From NCBI RefSeq assembly GCF_006345805.1, contig NC_042998.1, positions 168,826,001-168,890,000 on the forward strand: a DNA stretch of 64,000 bases. Direction: 5' to 3'. Shown piece after piece: positions 23,770-38,423 of the stretch; the first letter of the stretch is position 1, and each line of letters starts with the position of its first letter. The DNA comes from Octopus sinensis (Eukaryota). Below the pieces are notes generated by a model. It was given only the letters and a program-made list of their open reading frames with translations, did not search any database and was not told the DNA's origin. Made by a program: the position numbers and the translations under genes.

Positions 23770-24442
23770 CCTCTCACTCACACAGGCCATCTCTCTCTTT
23801 CTTCCTTTTTACTCTCTTTCTGTTTCTCTCTCTCGCGCCCCCTCTCTCTCTCACACGCACATGCACACACAGTTCCTCTTTATCTCTCGCGCACATAGTC
23901 ACTCTCGCTCTCTCTCTCGCGCGCGCTCTCTCCCTCTTTGTAACTTTGTCACTCCTTTTCTGTTGTTCTCTCTATTTCTACCTGTCTCTCTCTCTCTCCT
24001 TCTCACACACATCTCTTCTCTATCTCTCTCTCGCACACAGTCGCACTTTCTCTCTCATTCGCTTACTCTCTCTATTTGCCGCTCTATCTCTATTTTTCTG
24101 TCGCACTCTCTCTTTCCGTCGCTCGCTCTCTTTCTCTCTTTCTTTTCTCTCTCTCTTTCCGTCGCGCTCACTCTCTTTCTTTCTTTCTTTCTCTCTCTTT
24201 CTTTCCGTCTCTCTCACACACACACACACACACACGTAGTGCCTCTCTCTCTCTCTCTCACGTGCGCGCGCGTAGTCCCTCTCTCTCTCACACACACGCA
24301 CACACACGTAGTTCCTTTCCCTTTCTCACACACACACAACACACACACACACACACACACACACACTCCCTCTCTCTCTCTGTTTCTGTCGCTGTCTCTT
24401 TCTTTCTGTCGCTCTCCCTCTCTTATACGCAAGCACACATTG

Positions 24443-24502
<60 letters not shown>

Positions 24503-25115
24503 GCACACACACACTCACAAACACACTCAAACACGCACGCACACTCACATTCATGCACCTGCACAACACATTTTCGCGGTCATGCTCGCACACATTCATT
24601 CTCTCAAGAATTCACATATACACACAGGTATTTACAGACTCATACACACACCTATACACGTGCACAAATATGCACATACACTCACATCTTTACACACACA
24701 CACGCACACTCACCAAAAACATGTGCGCTCATCCACATGCACTCACACAAGCATACACACATACAAACAGAGGAATTCACACACGCGTACACGCACACGC
24801 ACACACACATACATGCGTACAATAAAACACATACACTCACACCTAATGCACACATACACATACACACGCTCACACACGCATGCACATACACACGCATACA
24901 CACATAAACGTACACACGCGCACACATGCATACACAAGTGCGCGCACTCACCCACAAACATCAAACATACACACACACAAGTACATGCTCACGTTCTCTC
25001 ACAGCAGCGCATACACATACACACGCTCACACACGCATGCACATACACACGCATACACAAACACACATGCACACGCTCACACATGCACACACAAATGCGC
25101 GCACTCACACACACG

Positions 25116-25150
<35 letters not shown>

Positions 25151-25336
25151 ACACACACACACACACACACAAGTACATGCTCACGATCCCTCACAGAAGC
25201 GCATAGACATACTGATGCTCGCACACGCACACACATACACACGCATACACACACACACACATACACGCGCTCACACATGCATACACATACACACGCTCAC
25301 ACTCACACGCACACTCACATACATAAGGATGCGCGC

Positions 25337-25375
<39 letters not shown>

Positions 25376-25480
25376 TACACACACACATGCGCACGTATTC
25401 CCAACACAGCAGCGCACAGAATCACGCACGCACGTACCTCCACAGAAGCGTGTGGACACACAGACACACACATAACACAC
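23770..25480. repeat. About 0.7-kb polypyrimidine (CT) tract followed by about 1 kb of degenerate (CA)n with internal higher-order repeats
   Basis: Direct reading; source of the spurious 410-aa, 297-aa and 249-aa ORFs. Confidence 0.95.
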
Positions 25481-25674
25481 ATTTCTCATATCATAATCAA
25501 TTAAGTTTGTTATGTGAAGGAAATGGATTCTGGTGAGGTAGCATAACCTTGATTGTTTTTCATGTTGCTGTTGTCATTATTGTAGCTTCCATTGTTGATA
25601 TTGTTTAACCCGAGGCCATACTTGATTTAACAGGTCTAGGATCAATGCCTTCTAGCCGCTATCATTTTTACCTT

Positions 25675-25880
25675 TTACTTTATTCAGTCATTGGACTGCG
25701 CCCAAGTTGGGGCACTGCCTTGAAGGATTCTAATCGAACGAATCGACCCCAGTACTTAATTTTCTGAAGCGTAGTAGTTATTGTATTGGTCACTTATGCT
25801 GAACCGTTAAGTTACGGGGACGAAAACAAACCAATGCCGGGCGTCAAGCCGTCAAGCATTGTTAGAGGACAAACCCAAAG

Positions 25881-25916
<36 letters not shown>

Positions 25917-25924
25917 TATATATA

Positions 25925-25955
<31 letters not shown>

Positions 25956-25993
25956 CATATATATACATATATACATATATATATATATATAAC

Positions 25994-26039
<46 letters not shown>

Positions 26040-26183
26040 ATACATATATCCACACGGACGCACATATGCAACACACACACTATCACACAAGACAGGTATC
26101 TTTCAGTTTCTGTCACTAAATACACTCACAAGGCTTTGGTCGGTCTGAGGCTGTAGTTGAAGACACTCGCTCAAGATGCCACG
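25675..26183 (-). mobile_element. SINE B with greatly expanded internal (CA)/(TA) tract (about 25882-26090)
   Basis: Tail at 25675-25880 and CORE part at 26090-26183 match family B. Confidence 0.85.
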
Positions 26184-27656
26184 TCTTTATTCATTTATTA
26201 TTTTAGACAATAGACTATATTACCCAATGCATGCTTGCTAATATAAGCCGGCAGGATGTGATTTTTATGGGAACTGGCCCTCTATATTACTAGCTAAATA
26301 CAATTATGGTACTTTGGCTTTTGAAATGGCTATTAGAGCACAGGAGTAAAATAACTCTGAGCTCTAGTTATGACTTCCGAGTGAGAAGAACAATCTGGTG
26401 ACACTTTTCAGAATTTACGTATTTGTTAAGAAGAATTGTGCAAAGGATCTGCTGACCAGAGATCAGGCTAGAATGCTTGTAACAAAGTATACTCTTCTAA
26501 AAGCATCCAAAGGACAAAAGAATATGTTAAACCTGCTGGATGGGTTATATCCAGTTCTTACGTGTTCTACTTAGTTTTTGCCTTTCAATAACTAAAAATT
26601 AAATCAAATAAACAAGTCTGGTCATTGAAGCCAGTCAAGAGATGAAACGTCTACTACTCGTTCAAGTTGCTAGAAACAGCAGCCAAACTTTCTGCGACTC
26701 ACACTTTACCGCTAATAATTTACTATATATGACTTTGTATAAGACTTTTGGTAGTTTAGTTTTGATGAGATGTTGAGAACGTAAAATTTTGTGGGGTCTT
26801 ACGTTTCGTAAGATAAGTGTGCGAAAGTGATAGAAAGTAAATGGCATTTTATTGATAGGTTTGTCATTTGATGAAAAAGAGCATCTATGACATTTGCAGT
26901 GTTTCCGGTAAGGGAAAGAGAAGAAGAAATCGTTATTTAGACCGGAGACCTACTCCAAATGGTCAACGTTAATGACACCCAAGTCCTAGAAACCACCTAG
27001 AAAGACGAGATGATGACTCTTGTCCTTTGACTAATAGGTCAGCTCTGTCAGGGCTGACACCAGAAGTTTAATAACAACAACAACCAATAGAAACATGCTT
27101 TGAATACTTACAACAGAGTGGTCTCCGTTAATGACGCTAAAGTCCTACAAATCACCTTGATAGGATAATCCCAAATGTAACGTCGGGATGATATGCCTAC
27201 TCAATTAGGGTTGACCAGAAGTTAAGCTGATGGGGGAAAACAATCATTCAACAATATCCCACCACTACCACCATCATCCCTATTTTAAACATGTAGCTTT
27301 GCGACAACCTAAGAAAAAATTCTACAAAATATTCTGTCGCAAGGTTTAACACAACCCCCTGTCGTTCCGCGTATTTTTTGTAGAATCATTTGGGAAAAAT
27401 TTGACTTATTTTGTTTTGTCACCTGTTGTCTTCATTGAATGTGTGCTCGTATTTGTTCAAACTACTATCATACAAGACTATAATTGCGAGCTCAGCATTT
27501 TTGCGTGCTTACGTAACTATGTCATCACAAATGTTATAGCTAAGTACAGTGTGTCACTGAGAGTCCGTAGTCTTGTTAACTCAAGTGCTGTGTTCGAACA
27601 AACTACAGAACCATCAGCAATCAGGCAGATTCCGGCAAAAGTGCATATATAAGTCT

Positions 27657-27920
27657 GTGGCCAAATAATGAGAGTGTAGCAGTCACGATCGCGATATTGA
27701 GGTTTCGATTCCCAGCCCAACTGCGGGTTGTGTTCTTGAGCAAAACACTTAAATTTCATGTTGCTCCAGTCCACTCAGTTGTAAATGTGTAACCCTGCAA
27801 CGGAGTGGCGTTCAGTTCGGGAGCAATGTTGTCCTGCCCGCCTAGCAAGCGGGCTGGCATCATTCCAAAGCTAAAACAATGCAAGGAGCATTATAACTAG
27901 CAATGTGTAACATCCCATAG
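27657..27920 (+). mobile_element. CORE-like SINE (C-type head and core, alternative tail)
   Basis: ggtttcgattccc...tgtgttcttgagcaaaacactt..atttcatgttgctccagtccactcag. Confidence 0.75.
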
Positions 27921-28284
27921 TCTAATCAAAACCGTGATATATATCAAATATACTCATGTTAAAGATTATTCATCTAAATATGCAAATAATAATATCAGAA
28001 ACATAATCAGCAACTTCAGCAGCAATAACACGCTGAAATAAACATTGGAGTAGATCGACCTGCCACAAATGGCAACCAAATTCTCTTCAAAATTCACTCT
28101 ACACTCTTATATATCTATGTACATAATTCATCAGTAAGCACAAGTTTGTTTATATATTCTATCTAATGTCCCTGACAGAAAAAATAAAAGATGAGATGGT
28201 CAAAATTGAAAGGCCTTTGCTCATGGGCCTGCTCATTTAAGAATAATCTATGATTAAATAGTTATAATAACTACAAACGGTTCC

Positions 28285-28495
28285 AAATTTTGGCACTAGG
28301 CCAGCAATTTTAAGAGAGGGTTAAGTCGATTACGTCGAGCTAGTGTTCAACCAGTACTTATTTCATCGACACCGAAAAGATGAAGGGCAAAGTCGAAATC
28401 GGCAGAATTTGACGTCGTCAGAAAGAACAGACGGATGAAATGCTGTGAAGCATTTTGTCCGGCGTACTAACGATTCTGCCAGCACGCTACCTTAG
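28285..28495 (-). mobile_element. SINE A, older type
   Basis: Family A core and ...ggccttgtgccaaaattt-type tail on the minus strand. Confidence 0.85.
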
Positions 28496-30260
28496 TGCAA
28501 AATATAAATTAAAGACAAGATATCCATGTCAGTAAGATACAACTTTATGTTTTACTTTGACTGGGGCTCTCATACATACGTAGAAATGCATATGTATCTA
28601 TGTATGTGTGCATATATGCATCTATGAATTTATAAACACATACACGGAATTATGTGTTTATATAGTTTAGAAAAAAATCTGAAAAGCTCTGGTTCACAGT
28701 TACGTACGTATACATTACTAAATTACTTCTACATGCATATCAAGGAGTAATATGCACCTATACACTTCCATTCATATATACATACATTCATACATATATG
28801 CATACCAGAATGCTCGCACACATATCTATCTATATATATATATGTGTGTGTGTATGTGTGTACATATATATATATATATATACGCACATATGTATACACA
28901 TACAGAGGTATATGCACACACACGAAGACATATGCATGTACATGCATACATACATATATATGCCCACATATATGGCCTGGCCTAGTGGATGAGCAGTTCG
29001 CTTAGGAGTCGTGAGGCCAGAGGTTTAGGAGTTCGATACGATTGCGTGTCACTTTGAGCAGACGCCTTTTACAAAAGCTTCGACTCCAAGTTTTGTGAAT
29101 TAAATTGGGTGGATGAAAACTTTCCGGAAGTTCATCGGATGAACTCCACCTGTAATTCAAAGATGTAGTGCTTATCGCATTGTATCATGTTGATTATTCT
29201 TGAGTATTACGTTAATAATCTGCTTGTCTACGGAATACTTGGCCACATATATGGTATTTGAATGATTATATTGTACAGCTGTATCCTGGGTACGACTTTA
29301 AACTGCACCCGGTGGCTGGGCCCTGGTTTGGGAGTATCGAGTTTTGAGGAATGTAGAACCACCTCTTAGACTAATATTGTTCCCTACTCCGATCCAGTGT
29401 AGTTACATCAGTCAGGGGCCTAGCTATGAATAAATTAATGTGTTATGTTAGAAACTACAAGTGCAAACCCTCACTGCCTTGAGAGCGCCTTGGGAAAGGA
29501 AAATGTTTGGGAACTCAATCCTGACAGCAAACCAAGGACTGGAATTTCTCAGACGGTCCGATGACCTCTTTGAGACCATTCAGGAAACTCCAAGATGGAG
29601 CTCTACAACACTGAAAGATAAGTCTCCTAGGAGACAGCCACTCCAGTGTAAAAGCTACTTGCTGGTCACTGCAACCGTCTTAGCCCGCTGAGCCACTGTT
29701 GTCAAACTTCGAAGTCTAAACAGTGGGATCGGACTGAGTGGACAATCCCTCACTTTAAAACTAAGCGCAAGCAGGAAGAAAAAAACCTTCAGCATCAACG
29801 ATCGATTCACATACAGGAGAGCTTGCTACCCATCCTTATGACCTTCGGAGATGAAGAAACTGCCATCATCATCATTGTACTGCTGGACGTACAATCGGAA
29901 GTACATACATAGTTTTCAACGGAAAGTCCTTCATATATAGAAGTATGATTTATTTGTGTATGTGTTTTGCATGTGCCAAGGGATATGCAAAATGAAGTAC
30001 TCAATAATTCAAAAAGTAAAGTTAAATATATTTATTAATACATTATAAGTTTCATACGTTTTGATCACTTCAAACTCATTGGAATTCTTTGGTTATGAAG
30101 AGTAGAAAATAAACGAAACAGATTTCCAAAACTGAAAACAACGTGTGGATAAATTAGCACACATACATGCACATTCAAAAACAACACACATGCACACACA
30201 CACACGCGCATACACATACGCACACAACACAGATACAAACATACAATGCATACATATATA

Positions 30261-30296
<36 letters not shown>

Positions 30297-30702
30297 GATA
30301 TATTATTTGCATATATATTTATTTATTTATTTATATATTTATACACACACACTCTCATACACAGGCGTATTAATTTGTACTTAAACATATACATTACACT
30401 CACGTAGTCGTACGCAAGCACTTTTTCAGACGCACGTGTGTGTGTGTACATGTGTATTCGGCTCATTATCATGTAAAAACTATGGTTCGATACCCAACTG
30501 TGCATTGTGTTCTTGAGCGAGACACTTCATTTCACATCGCTCTGGTGAATGAATAGCACCTGCGTCGTGCCGAATCTTCCTGTTAAATGTATATCTGTGG
30601 AATACTCAGCCAGTTGCATGTATCTGTATCTAAGCAACTGCAACCCTCGTTTCGCAACCGACGGAGTGTCAGTTGCCATATACATATATAATACTTACAT
30701 AC

Positions 30703-30784
<82 letters not shown>

Positions 30785-31107
30785 TCTCTCTCTCACAAAC
30801 ACACACACACAGAGAAGCAGACACACAGACATACATTCGCACATATAAACATGCACGAAACAGAACTTTCCCAAATACTATCAATATTCATTTCATATTC
30901 ATCAAATGAAACACGAAGTTATGCATACGATATATTCATACATAAAAGGTTGCATGTATCCACGCATAATCCATGCTTCGAAAAATGCTTAAATTACATT
31001 CATGCCTGCATACATAGCATACACACACGCGCGCGCGCACACACACACACACACACACATACACGCACACACATCTCATATATGTGTGTATGTGTGTTTA
31101 TGTATGC

Positions 31108-31138
<31 letters not shown>

Positions 31139-31151
31139 AATCATCAACATA

Positions 31152-31213
<62 letters not shown>

Positions 31214-31392
31214 GTTATAAGCTTAAAGCTTATAAGCGATCACCGTGCATTGGCTAATGTAAATAGTTTAATACTGGGGCAAATAAGACCTCGATGGAAA
31301 AAAAGTATGGCTTGCCGTACGCATGGAAATCGAACCCACTCCTCTATGTATTAGCGACAAGCTTGATAACCATTGCTAGTACGCATTAATCT

Positions 31393-31452
<60 letters not shown>

Positions 31453-31455
31453 ATA

Positions 31456-31489
<34 letters not shown>

Positions 31490-31566
31490 TACAGAAGTGT
31501 AAAACTCAGCACCGTTTACCAAATAATCGTATATATATATATGTGTGTGTGTATGTGTGTGTGTGT

Positions 31567-31619
<53 letters not shown>

Positions 31620-32367
31620 TGTGTGTGTATGCATGCAATTAGGTTTGTGCTGATATATGCTAGATGTGTCATAACTATTTGTGTTATATGTCGTATGAAT
31701 GTGTTTTAGAGGCGTACGTCAACACGCTTTATATTTTGTTTCATCTACCCGTGTTTCTATTTATTTACATTATCAGCCAGCCACACAAGAAAACATGTGT
31801 AAGAAAGGAGAAATGTGTTTATAAACTGAACGGCGCTGCTTTACAGCTGATGAGCTAATGTGATGCGCTTGTAGCAGCACAGACGCCGTGCTGATACTAT
31901 TAGACGTACATAAACGAACTATACAAACTACAGCATGTACAACAATAATACTAACACTGAACGCTAGTATCAACATAAACATAAACATAAACATAAACAT
32001 GAAATTTATCATCATCATGAGCAGCAGATACAGGAATTAAAAAAAATATTGTAAAACAGTAACAAGAATGTAAATCAACGACAATGTTTCGATGTGTTTT
32101 ATACATGTTCACACTTATTTTTTTTTTTGCAATCATTTATACGCTAGGATTATTTTTTGCTTGTGTTTACCGTTAGAATCTTCAGTGTCGTTGTGGTTGT
32201 TGTGGTTGTGGTAGTTTGTTATTGTTTTTTTTTTTTTGTTTTTTTCTTGTTGTTACTCTGTCATTGCTCTGCGAGATTAACAAAACGTTTAAATGAAAGA
32301 AAAAGAAAAATACACAAGTACTTATACATGTGTGATTGTGTGAGTGTATACACAGATACATACATAC

Positions 32368-32440
<73 letters not shown>

Positions 32441-32520
32441 TAGATATAGATATAGATAGATAGATACAAACATATATAAATAAGCGCACATGCACACACA
32501 CACTCACACATACACTCATA

Positions 32521-32565
<45 letters not shown>

Positions 32566-32683
32566 CAAATGCACCCGTCATGCAATATAGTTACTGAAGC
32601 ATGCAACTAAGGCAAAGTAAGCAGATTAATAATAACAACAAAGGTAAAGTAAGCAAATACTACTGTTACTACTACTACTACTA

Positions 32684-32769
<86 letters not shown>

Positions 32770-32910
32770 CGTTTCTTATATAATGACGACTTCAATGTTA
32801 GCAAAGTAAAACAACGTGAACAAATCTAAATGCATAGATAAATAAATAAATAAATAAATAAATGATTAAATAAATAAATAAACAGAATAGCAATTAGAAG
32901 AAAATCTACG

Positions 32911-33381
32911 TTATCTAGTGAAGCGTATGAAAAAGTTTGTAATGTACCAAGCGGTTAAAGATCCGTTCTGCATGTTTGTATGAAAGCTTTCAACTTTCGG
33001 CTGAGTCGTTGTCACAACTGTTGTCCTTGTCTTTGTAAATGACGCCAAGATGTCTGTTGTTGTTGTGTTGATGGTTGATGTTGTTGTTGTTACTGCTGGT
33101 GGTGATTTTGGTGGCGGCGGTGATGACGGTGCCGATGCTGTTGTTGCTGCTGTTGTTGTTGTTGATATCGATGATGGTGTTGGCGGTGGTGATGGTGGTA
33201 CTGCTCGCGGTGTTTTCAGGTGGTTATTCGTCGGTGTTAACACGAGATGGTGTTTCGCCTGTTCGTGTTCCTGCTGTCTCGCGTTGGCGAACGCCTCACC
33301 GTTGGTGATGTGTCTCCATATATCTCTCTTTCCTTTCACGTCTCTTCCTGTGGCCGCCGCTGCGACTGTTACTGCCGCCAT
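32911..33381 (-). CDS. Candidate 156-aa ORF (unique N- and C-termini, Pro/Thr/Ser-rich middle) in a CpG-rich block
   Basis: Only minus frame open across the block; GCAATGG start context; no recognised homology. The strand is T-poor, so few stops are expected. Confidence 0.3.
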   Translation of the reverse strand: MAAVTVAAAATGRDVKGKRDIWRHITNGEAFANARQQEHEQAKHHLVLTPTNNHLKTPRAVPPSPPPTPSSISTTTTAATTASAPSSPPPPKSPPAVTTTTSTINTTTTDILASFTKTRTTVVTTTQPKVESFHTNMQNGSLTAWYITNFFIRFTR

Positions 33382-33600
33382 TGCACCACCAAAATCCTTT
33401 GGTCCTTTGTACTTTGTCTTCTCTTTTTATTTATTTATTTATTTTTGCTATACTCCCTGTTTTTCCTAACTCCTTCTCGTCTTTATTGCAGCCACTATTT
33501 ACAGGCCTGTCTATCTATTCACTACCAAGCCTTACTTATTCATTTATCTACACGCATACGTGCATACATATACATATATAGATGCATATATACATATATA

Positions 33601-33659
<59 letters not shown>

Positions 33660-34975
33660 GTATATGTATGTATGTGTATGTGACTTTTTCTACCTATCTA
33701 TTTATCGGTGTCTGTAGATGTGTGAATGCATGAGCATGTGTCTGCGTGCTCTGATCGTAGCGGCGGCGGCAAAACGCGTATTCGTGTATGCGAGTGCATG
33801 CGCGAAGTGCATATGAGAATGTATGCATGTAATGTAACGTAATGTTTGTTCGTATGAATGCATGCAGGCATGTGTGCGCACTTGCCTTTGTAAATATCAA
33901 TGTGTATGGCCGAACGTATACGACTGAGAGCTTGTACGTAGTATGAGTGTTTGTGCGTGCGTGCGAACGTATAACCGTAAGCGCACACGTGCTTTTGTAC
34001 TTGCTTATTATCTGCCACAACACGCTCACATATTTTAAAATGCATCTACGCAAAATGCATTTTTTTAAGGCTATCATAGGTTATTGTAAGTGGCACATGT
34101 GGACGAAGTAATGATTTTGTTGCACATTTCTGTTTTTGCTCTTCAGTTCCTTAGAAGAAAAAGAAGGGAGAAAGTCCGAAGCAATGTTGTCCACTGACTG
34201 AATCAGGGTTTCAGTTAATACGATGCTTTATAATTGAGGAAGAGAAAAGTTTAGCAGATGTCAGTATGGAACAAATGCATATATACAGTAGTTAGAAGTC
34301 ACTCCCGCCTAAGAGTGCTATGAAGGGTGAAAGGAGGCTTTGAAATGAAACATAATGGGAGGAGAGCCAATAAAATGATGGACAGAAGTGGATCGTGAGT
34401 GAAGTGAGGGAAGTGGTGGCGTGAGAGGAATCGAAAAAGTGAGAAAGATAGAGAGAGAGAAAGGGAAAGAGGGAGAGGAAAGGGAGAGATTGATAGAGAA
34501 AGAAAGAAGAGAAATATAGAAGAGTAAAAGAGGAAGTGCTTAGTGAAGTATTAGTAAGACGGATGCACGGACAGATAGAAAACTAGTGAGCTAGCGAGTT
34601 AGATAACTGTGCATTTGTATGTATGGGTGTGTGTGTGTGTCTAAAGAGAGAGTAAAAGAATAAATAACGCACGCGCACATACATGCACACACGTACACTC
34701 ACATGCACATATATACGTGTGAGGAAGAGAGAGAGAGAGAGAGAGGGGGAGGGAAGGAGAGAGAGAGAAAGAGAGATTCTGGAAAATGAAAGTAAAATAA
34801 AAAAAAATTACGGACAGTGAGAAAAATAAATAAATAGCGATGGAAAAAGGAATGGAAGGATGTCAGCTGAGCGAGTTTGTTGACCGTAGATAAGGAGAGA
34901 GTATAATGTTACATCGGAAAATTAAGAGAAAGCTTTTACACAGTAAAGAAAAGAAAGAAAGGAAATGTAAATGCA

Positions 34976-35022
<47 letters not shown>

Positions 35023-35577
35023 CGGTAACAACATCACCAACAACAACGGAAAGAAAATAACTGAAAAGACACGCTTGGAATAAAGGAGCGCAGAAAAGAA
35101 AGAAAGGTTTGAAGAGTAAGGGGGAGGGAGAGGTGCAAAGAATTAACAGAAAAAGAACAACAAGACCAACAACAATTACTATTACTTCTACTGCTACTGC
35201 TACTACTACATGACAAAAATTGCTTAACAAGTTGAGAAGGAATTTTGAAAACTGTTGACAGGAGATTAAAAAAAAAACGTAAAAGAAGGTAAAATACAAG
35301 GTGAGCTATGGGGTAAAGCACGTGTGTCCACTATCCTGTTTCGAATCACAATGGTAGACATGCGATTTTAATAGCGTCGATAATGTCCAACAGAAAGGTA
35401 TAGGCATCATAATTTTCTGCACTTCTACAATTAAACCACCCGTGGACAGCTCGAATTTCATATTTAAGTGAGCCTCTTTCTTTTATTGCAATTAAATTGT
35501 TGCTAAGTGCATTTGACAAGGCTACACCGATTAGGCGCACGTGCACACACTCAGACACGCACATATACACACACACG

Positions 35578-35618
<41 letters not shown>

Positions 35619-35990
35619 CAATACATATATACACATATAGATGCTCATATATAGAGATGCATAACAATACATAAACATAGAGATGCATATATACGCATAT
35701 AGATGCATATATGTGTGTATGTATATATACGTATGCATATCTGCATGTATTGTCACACACATACCATGAAGCACAACAACACATATTTTTATGAGTATGC
35801 CTATATATTTGTGCGTATATGTAAGAATGCATGTAAAGAGGTTTGTATGTGTGTGTGTGTGAAGAACTGCAGAAAATAACGAAGACTGATTTTTTTTTCC
35901 TTTCCTTTTTATTCTTAAACATGTGAGTTTAGAACTTGGTGTTAGTTTAGAAAGTTGCCATTCACTGCAGGTTTATGGTATATTCTTCCT

Positions 35991-36072
<82 letters not shown>

Positions 36073-36724
36073 CACGCTCACACATACATGCATACACATA
36101 CACACACTCATACCAGACACACATACACACATGTATATGCATAATTGCATATGTATATAAAAATATATATATAGATACACATACACATATATATATTCAT
36201 ACATATAAACGTGCATATATATCTGCATGTACATAATTACATATATACATACATGCATATAAATAAATACTTATACACATACACGCATACTCACACGCAC
36301 ATGCATATTTGTATGTGTGTAAGCGTGTGTATTTATGCATACATGTATGTGCGTGTGCACGTATGCGTGTGTGTGTGTGTATGTGAGTGGTTTTATTATA
36401 TAAATATAGCAATTTATGCAAAGCAGCACCCCGCCTTCGACACCAGCAGCTTCAACAGCAGCAATAACCATAGAAGCAACATGAACATACAAAATGATTT
36501 ATAAAAACTGACAGCATCAACAACAGCAGCAGAAGCAGCAGCGATGGCTGCAACCGCAGCAGCAACAACAACAGCTGCAGCAAAAATAGCAGAAACATGA
36601 GTACTCAAGCACAACAGCAACAATAACATCTGCAATATAAACAACAACAAAAGAAGAAATGTTACAGCAGCAACAGATTCACGTGCTCCACCGACTCAAC
36701 TAAGCGGCGGAGCCTCTTGCAATG

Positions 36725-36870
36725 CTGGTTGATCTGTTAGAAATAGTAGCTAGATCTCACCTTGAAATTATACCTTTGAAATAAATTAGGCTGTGTTCGT
36801 CAATGTAGACCTTGATGTTGATGTACGTGTATGCATAAAAGTAGAGATCAGCGCTTGATCAGGGCTAACT
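36725..36870 (+). repeat. Old dispersed repeat G
   Basis: gatctgttagaaatagtagctagatctcacc...gtagacct...gcgcttgatcagggctaac. Confidence 0.6.
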
Positions 36871-37164
36871 TGAGGCGAAATACATAAAAGCAATTACAGA
36901 AACAGCAACATAAGCTACAACAACGATGATGACAACGATGACGATGACTGCGCATGTAACTTGAAAAGTAGCTTGTGACTCGATTACAACAACGACAACA
37001 ACAACAACAACGACAGCAATAACTTCACCAGTGATAATAACAGACATCGACAAACCATCAGCATCAGCATCACCATAAGAGCAATGAGTCAGAGAGAAAG
37101 CTTCTACGCGGTTGTTCGACCTGCTAGAGATAGCAGCTAACCTTTCCTACATCTTGTTCTCATA

Positions 37165-37570
37165 TTGGTTTCAAATTTTGGCACAAGGCCAGCAATTTCG
37201 GCGAAAGGATTAAGTCAATTACATTGACTCCAGTTTTCAACTGGTACATAATTTTATCCAACCCGAAAGGATAAAAGGCTAAGTTGACCTTGGCGGGATT
37301 TGAACTCAGAACGTAAAGATGGACAAAATACTACTAAGCATTTTGCCCGGTATGCTAACGATTCTGTCATATTGCTATTCTGCCAGCTCACCACCTGTCT
37401 TCATATTACATTCTTTTGTCTCCTTTTTATTTATTATATTTTTTGTACTCTAGGCACAAAGCTTAAAATTTGGTGGGGAGGGCTAGTCGATTACATTGAC
37501 CACAGCGCTCAACTGGCATTTATTTTATCCACTCCGAAAGGATGAAAGGCAAAGTTGACCTCGGCGTAAA
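37165..37570 (-). mobile_element. Two family A SINEs (about 37165-37400 and a truncated 37445-37570) with different tails
   Basis: Family A core in both copies. Confidence 0.8.
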
Positions 37571-38179
37571 GCTGAAAGAAATGCCGCTTGCACTCTATTG
37601 CCTTTAAAAGGAATATTATATACCAAGCAATTGTAGTACACTAAGCCTGAAATCAAAACAAAAGTAAACGGTATGATCACGGCTGGAATGCCTTAAATCA
37701 TAAGCCTGCTTGATCGGGATTGACCTGAAATTTAACAACACTAAAAGCAATAGACGCAACGATAGCCATAAAAACTATAGTTACAACAACAACAACAACA
37801 ATAGCTGAAGCAATAGAAGTAAAGACAACCTTCAAAACGTTATTAACAGCAGCATGGATAACTATACTGTATACAGGCCAATAAGGGAGCATCTACGTAG
37901 TCACATGACAACCTAGAAATTGCATCAACATTTCCTCAACTTGCACCATACTTTTTAAAAACATAAAGGAGATTATTAACCAAGATATATGAATGGCAAC
38001 CTCATCATGCAAAGAGCCAGAAAAAAACTACTGCAAGGTACTTTCCCTGACAATTTACTGATTTTGCCAGTCCACTATCTTTCAACTACTTGAAATAGTT
38101 TAAAACTTTTGGTGATTGTGTGGTGATGGTTGGGCGTAGTCAGTTAATTGACATTGTCAAAGATCAAAGGTCCTTCCCG

Positions 38180-38423
38180 AGCTTTAAGCTCATGAGGCCG
38201 GTTTCCCAGATTTTGTGGCGTATACTTTACACTATCCGCAGGTGGCGGGAGAGGGGCTAGCCCGTCGCATGATTATTTATATTTGCCAGCTGAGTGGACT
38301 GGAGCAACGCGTGAAATGAAGCGTTTTATTCGAGAAGACAACGCGTTGCCCGGTCCAAGAATCGACACCACAATCTTACGATCATGAGCGCAACACCTTA
38401 GCTACTAAGACACGCGTCTCCAC
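38180..38423 (-). mobile_element. SINE family C
   Basis: Matches 12029-12274. Confidence 0.85.

Noticed and set aside
23675-25504. Longest ORFs in the track (410, 297, 249, 192 aa)
   Set aside because: They are translations of CT and CA repeats that cannot contain stops (SL/HT runs); several frames are open at once and no domain is present.
26411-26575. TTTTCAG acceptor plus a 53-codon frame (..KKNCAKDLLTRDQARMLVTKY..)
   Set aside because: Short, no convincing donor and no recognisable homology.
29590-29760. Possible decayed RTE 3' end (ELY...LAGHC...WDRTEW)
   Set aside because: Motif spacing is much shorter than in 44838-45222 and it is interrupted by stops; left unannotated.
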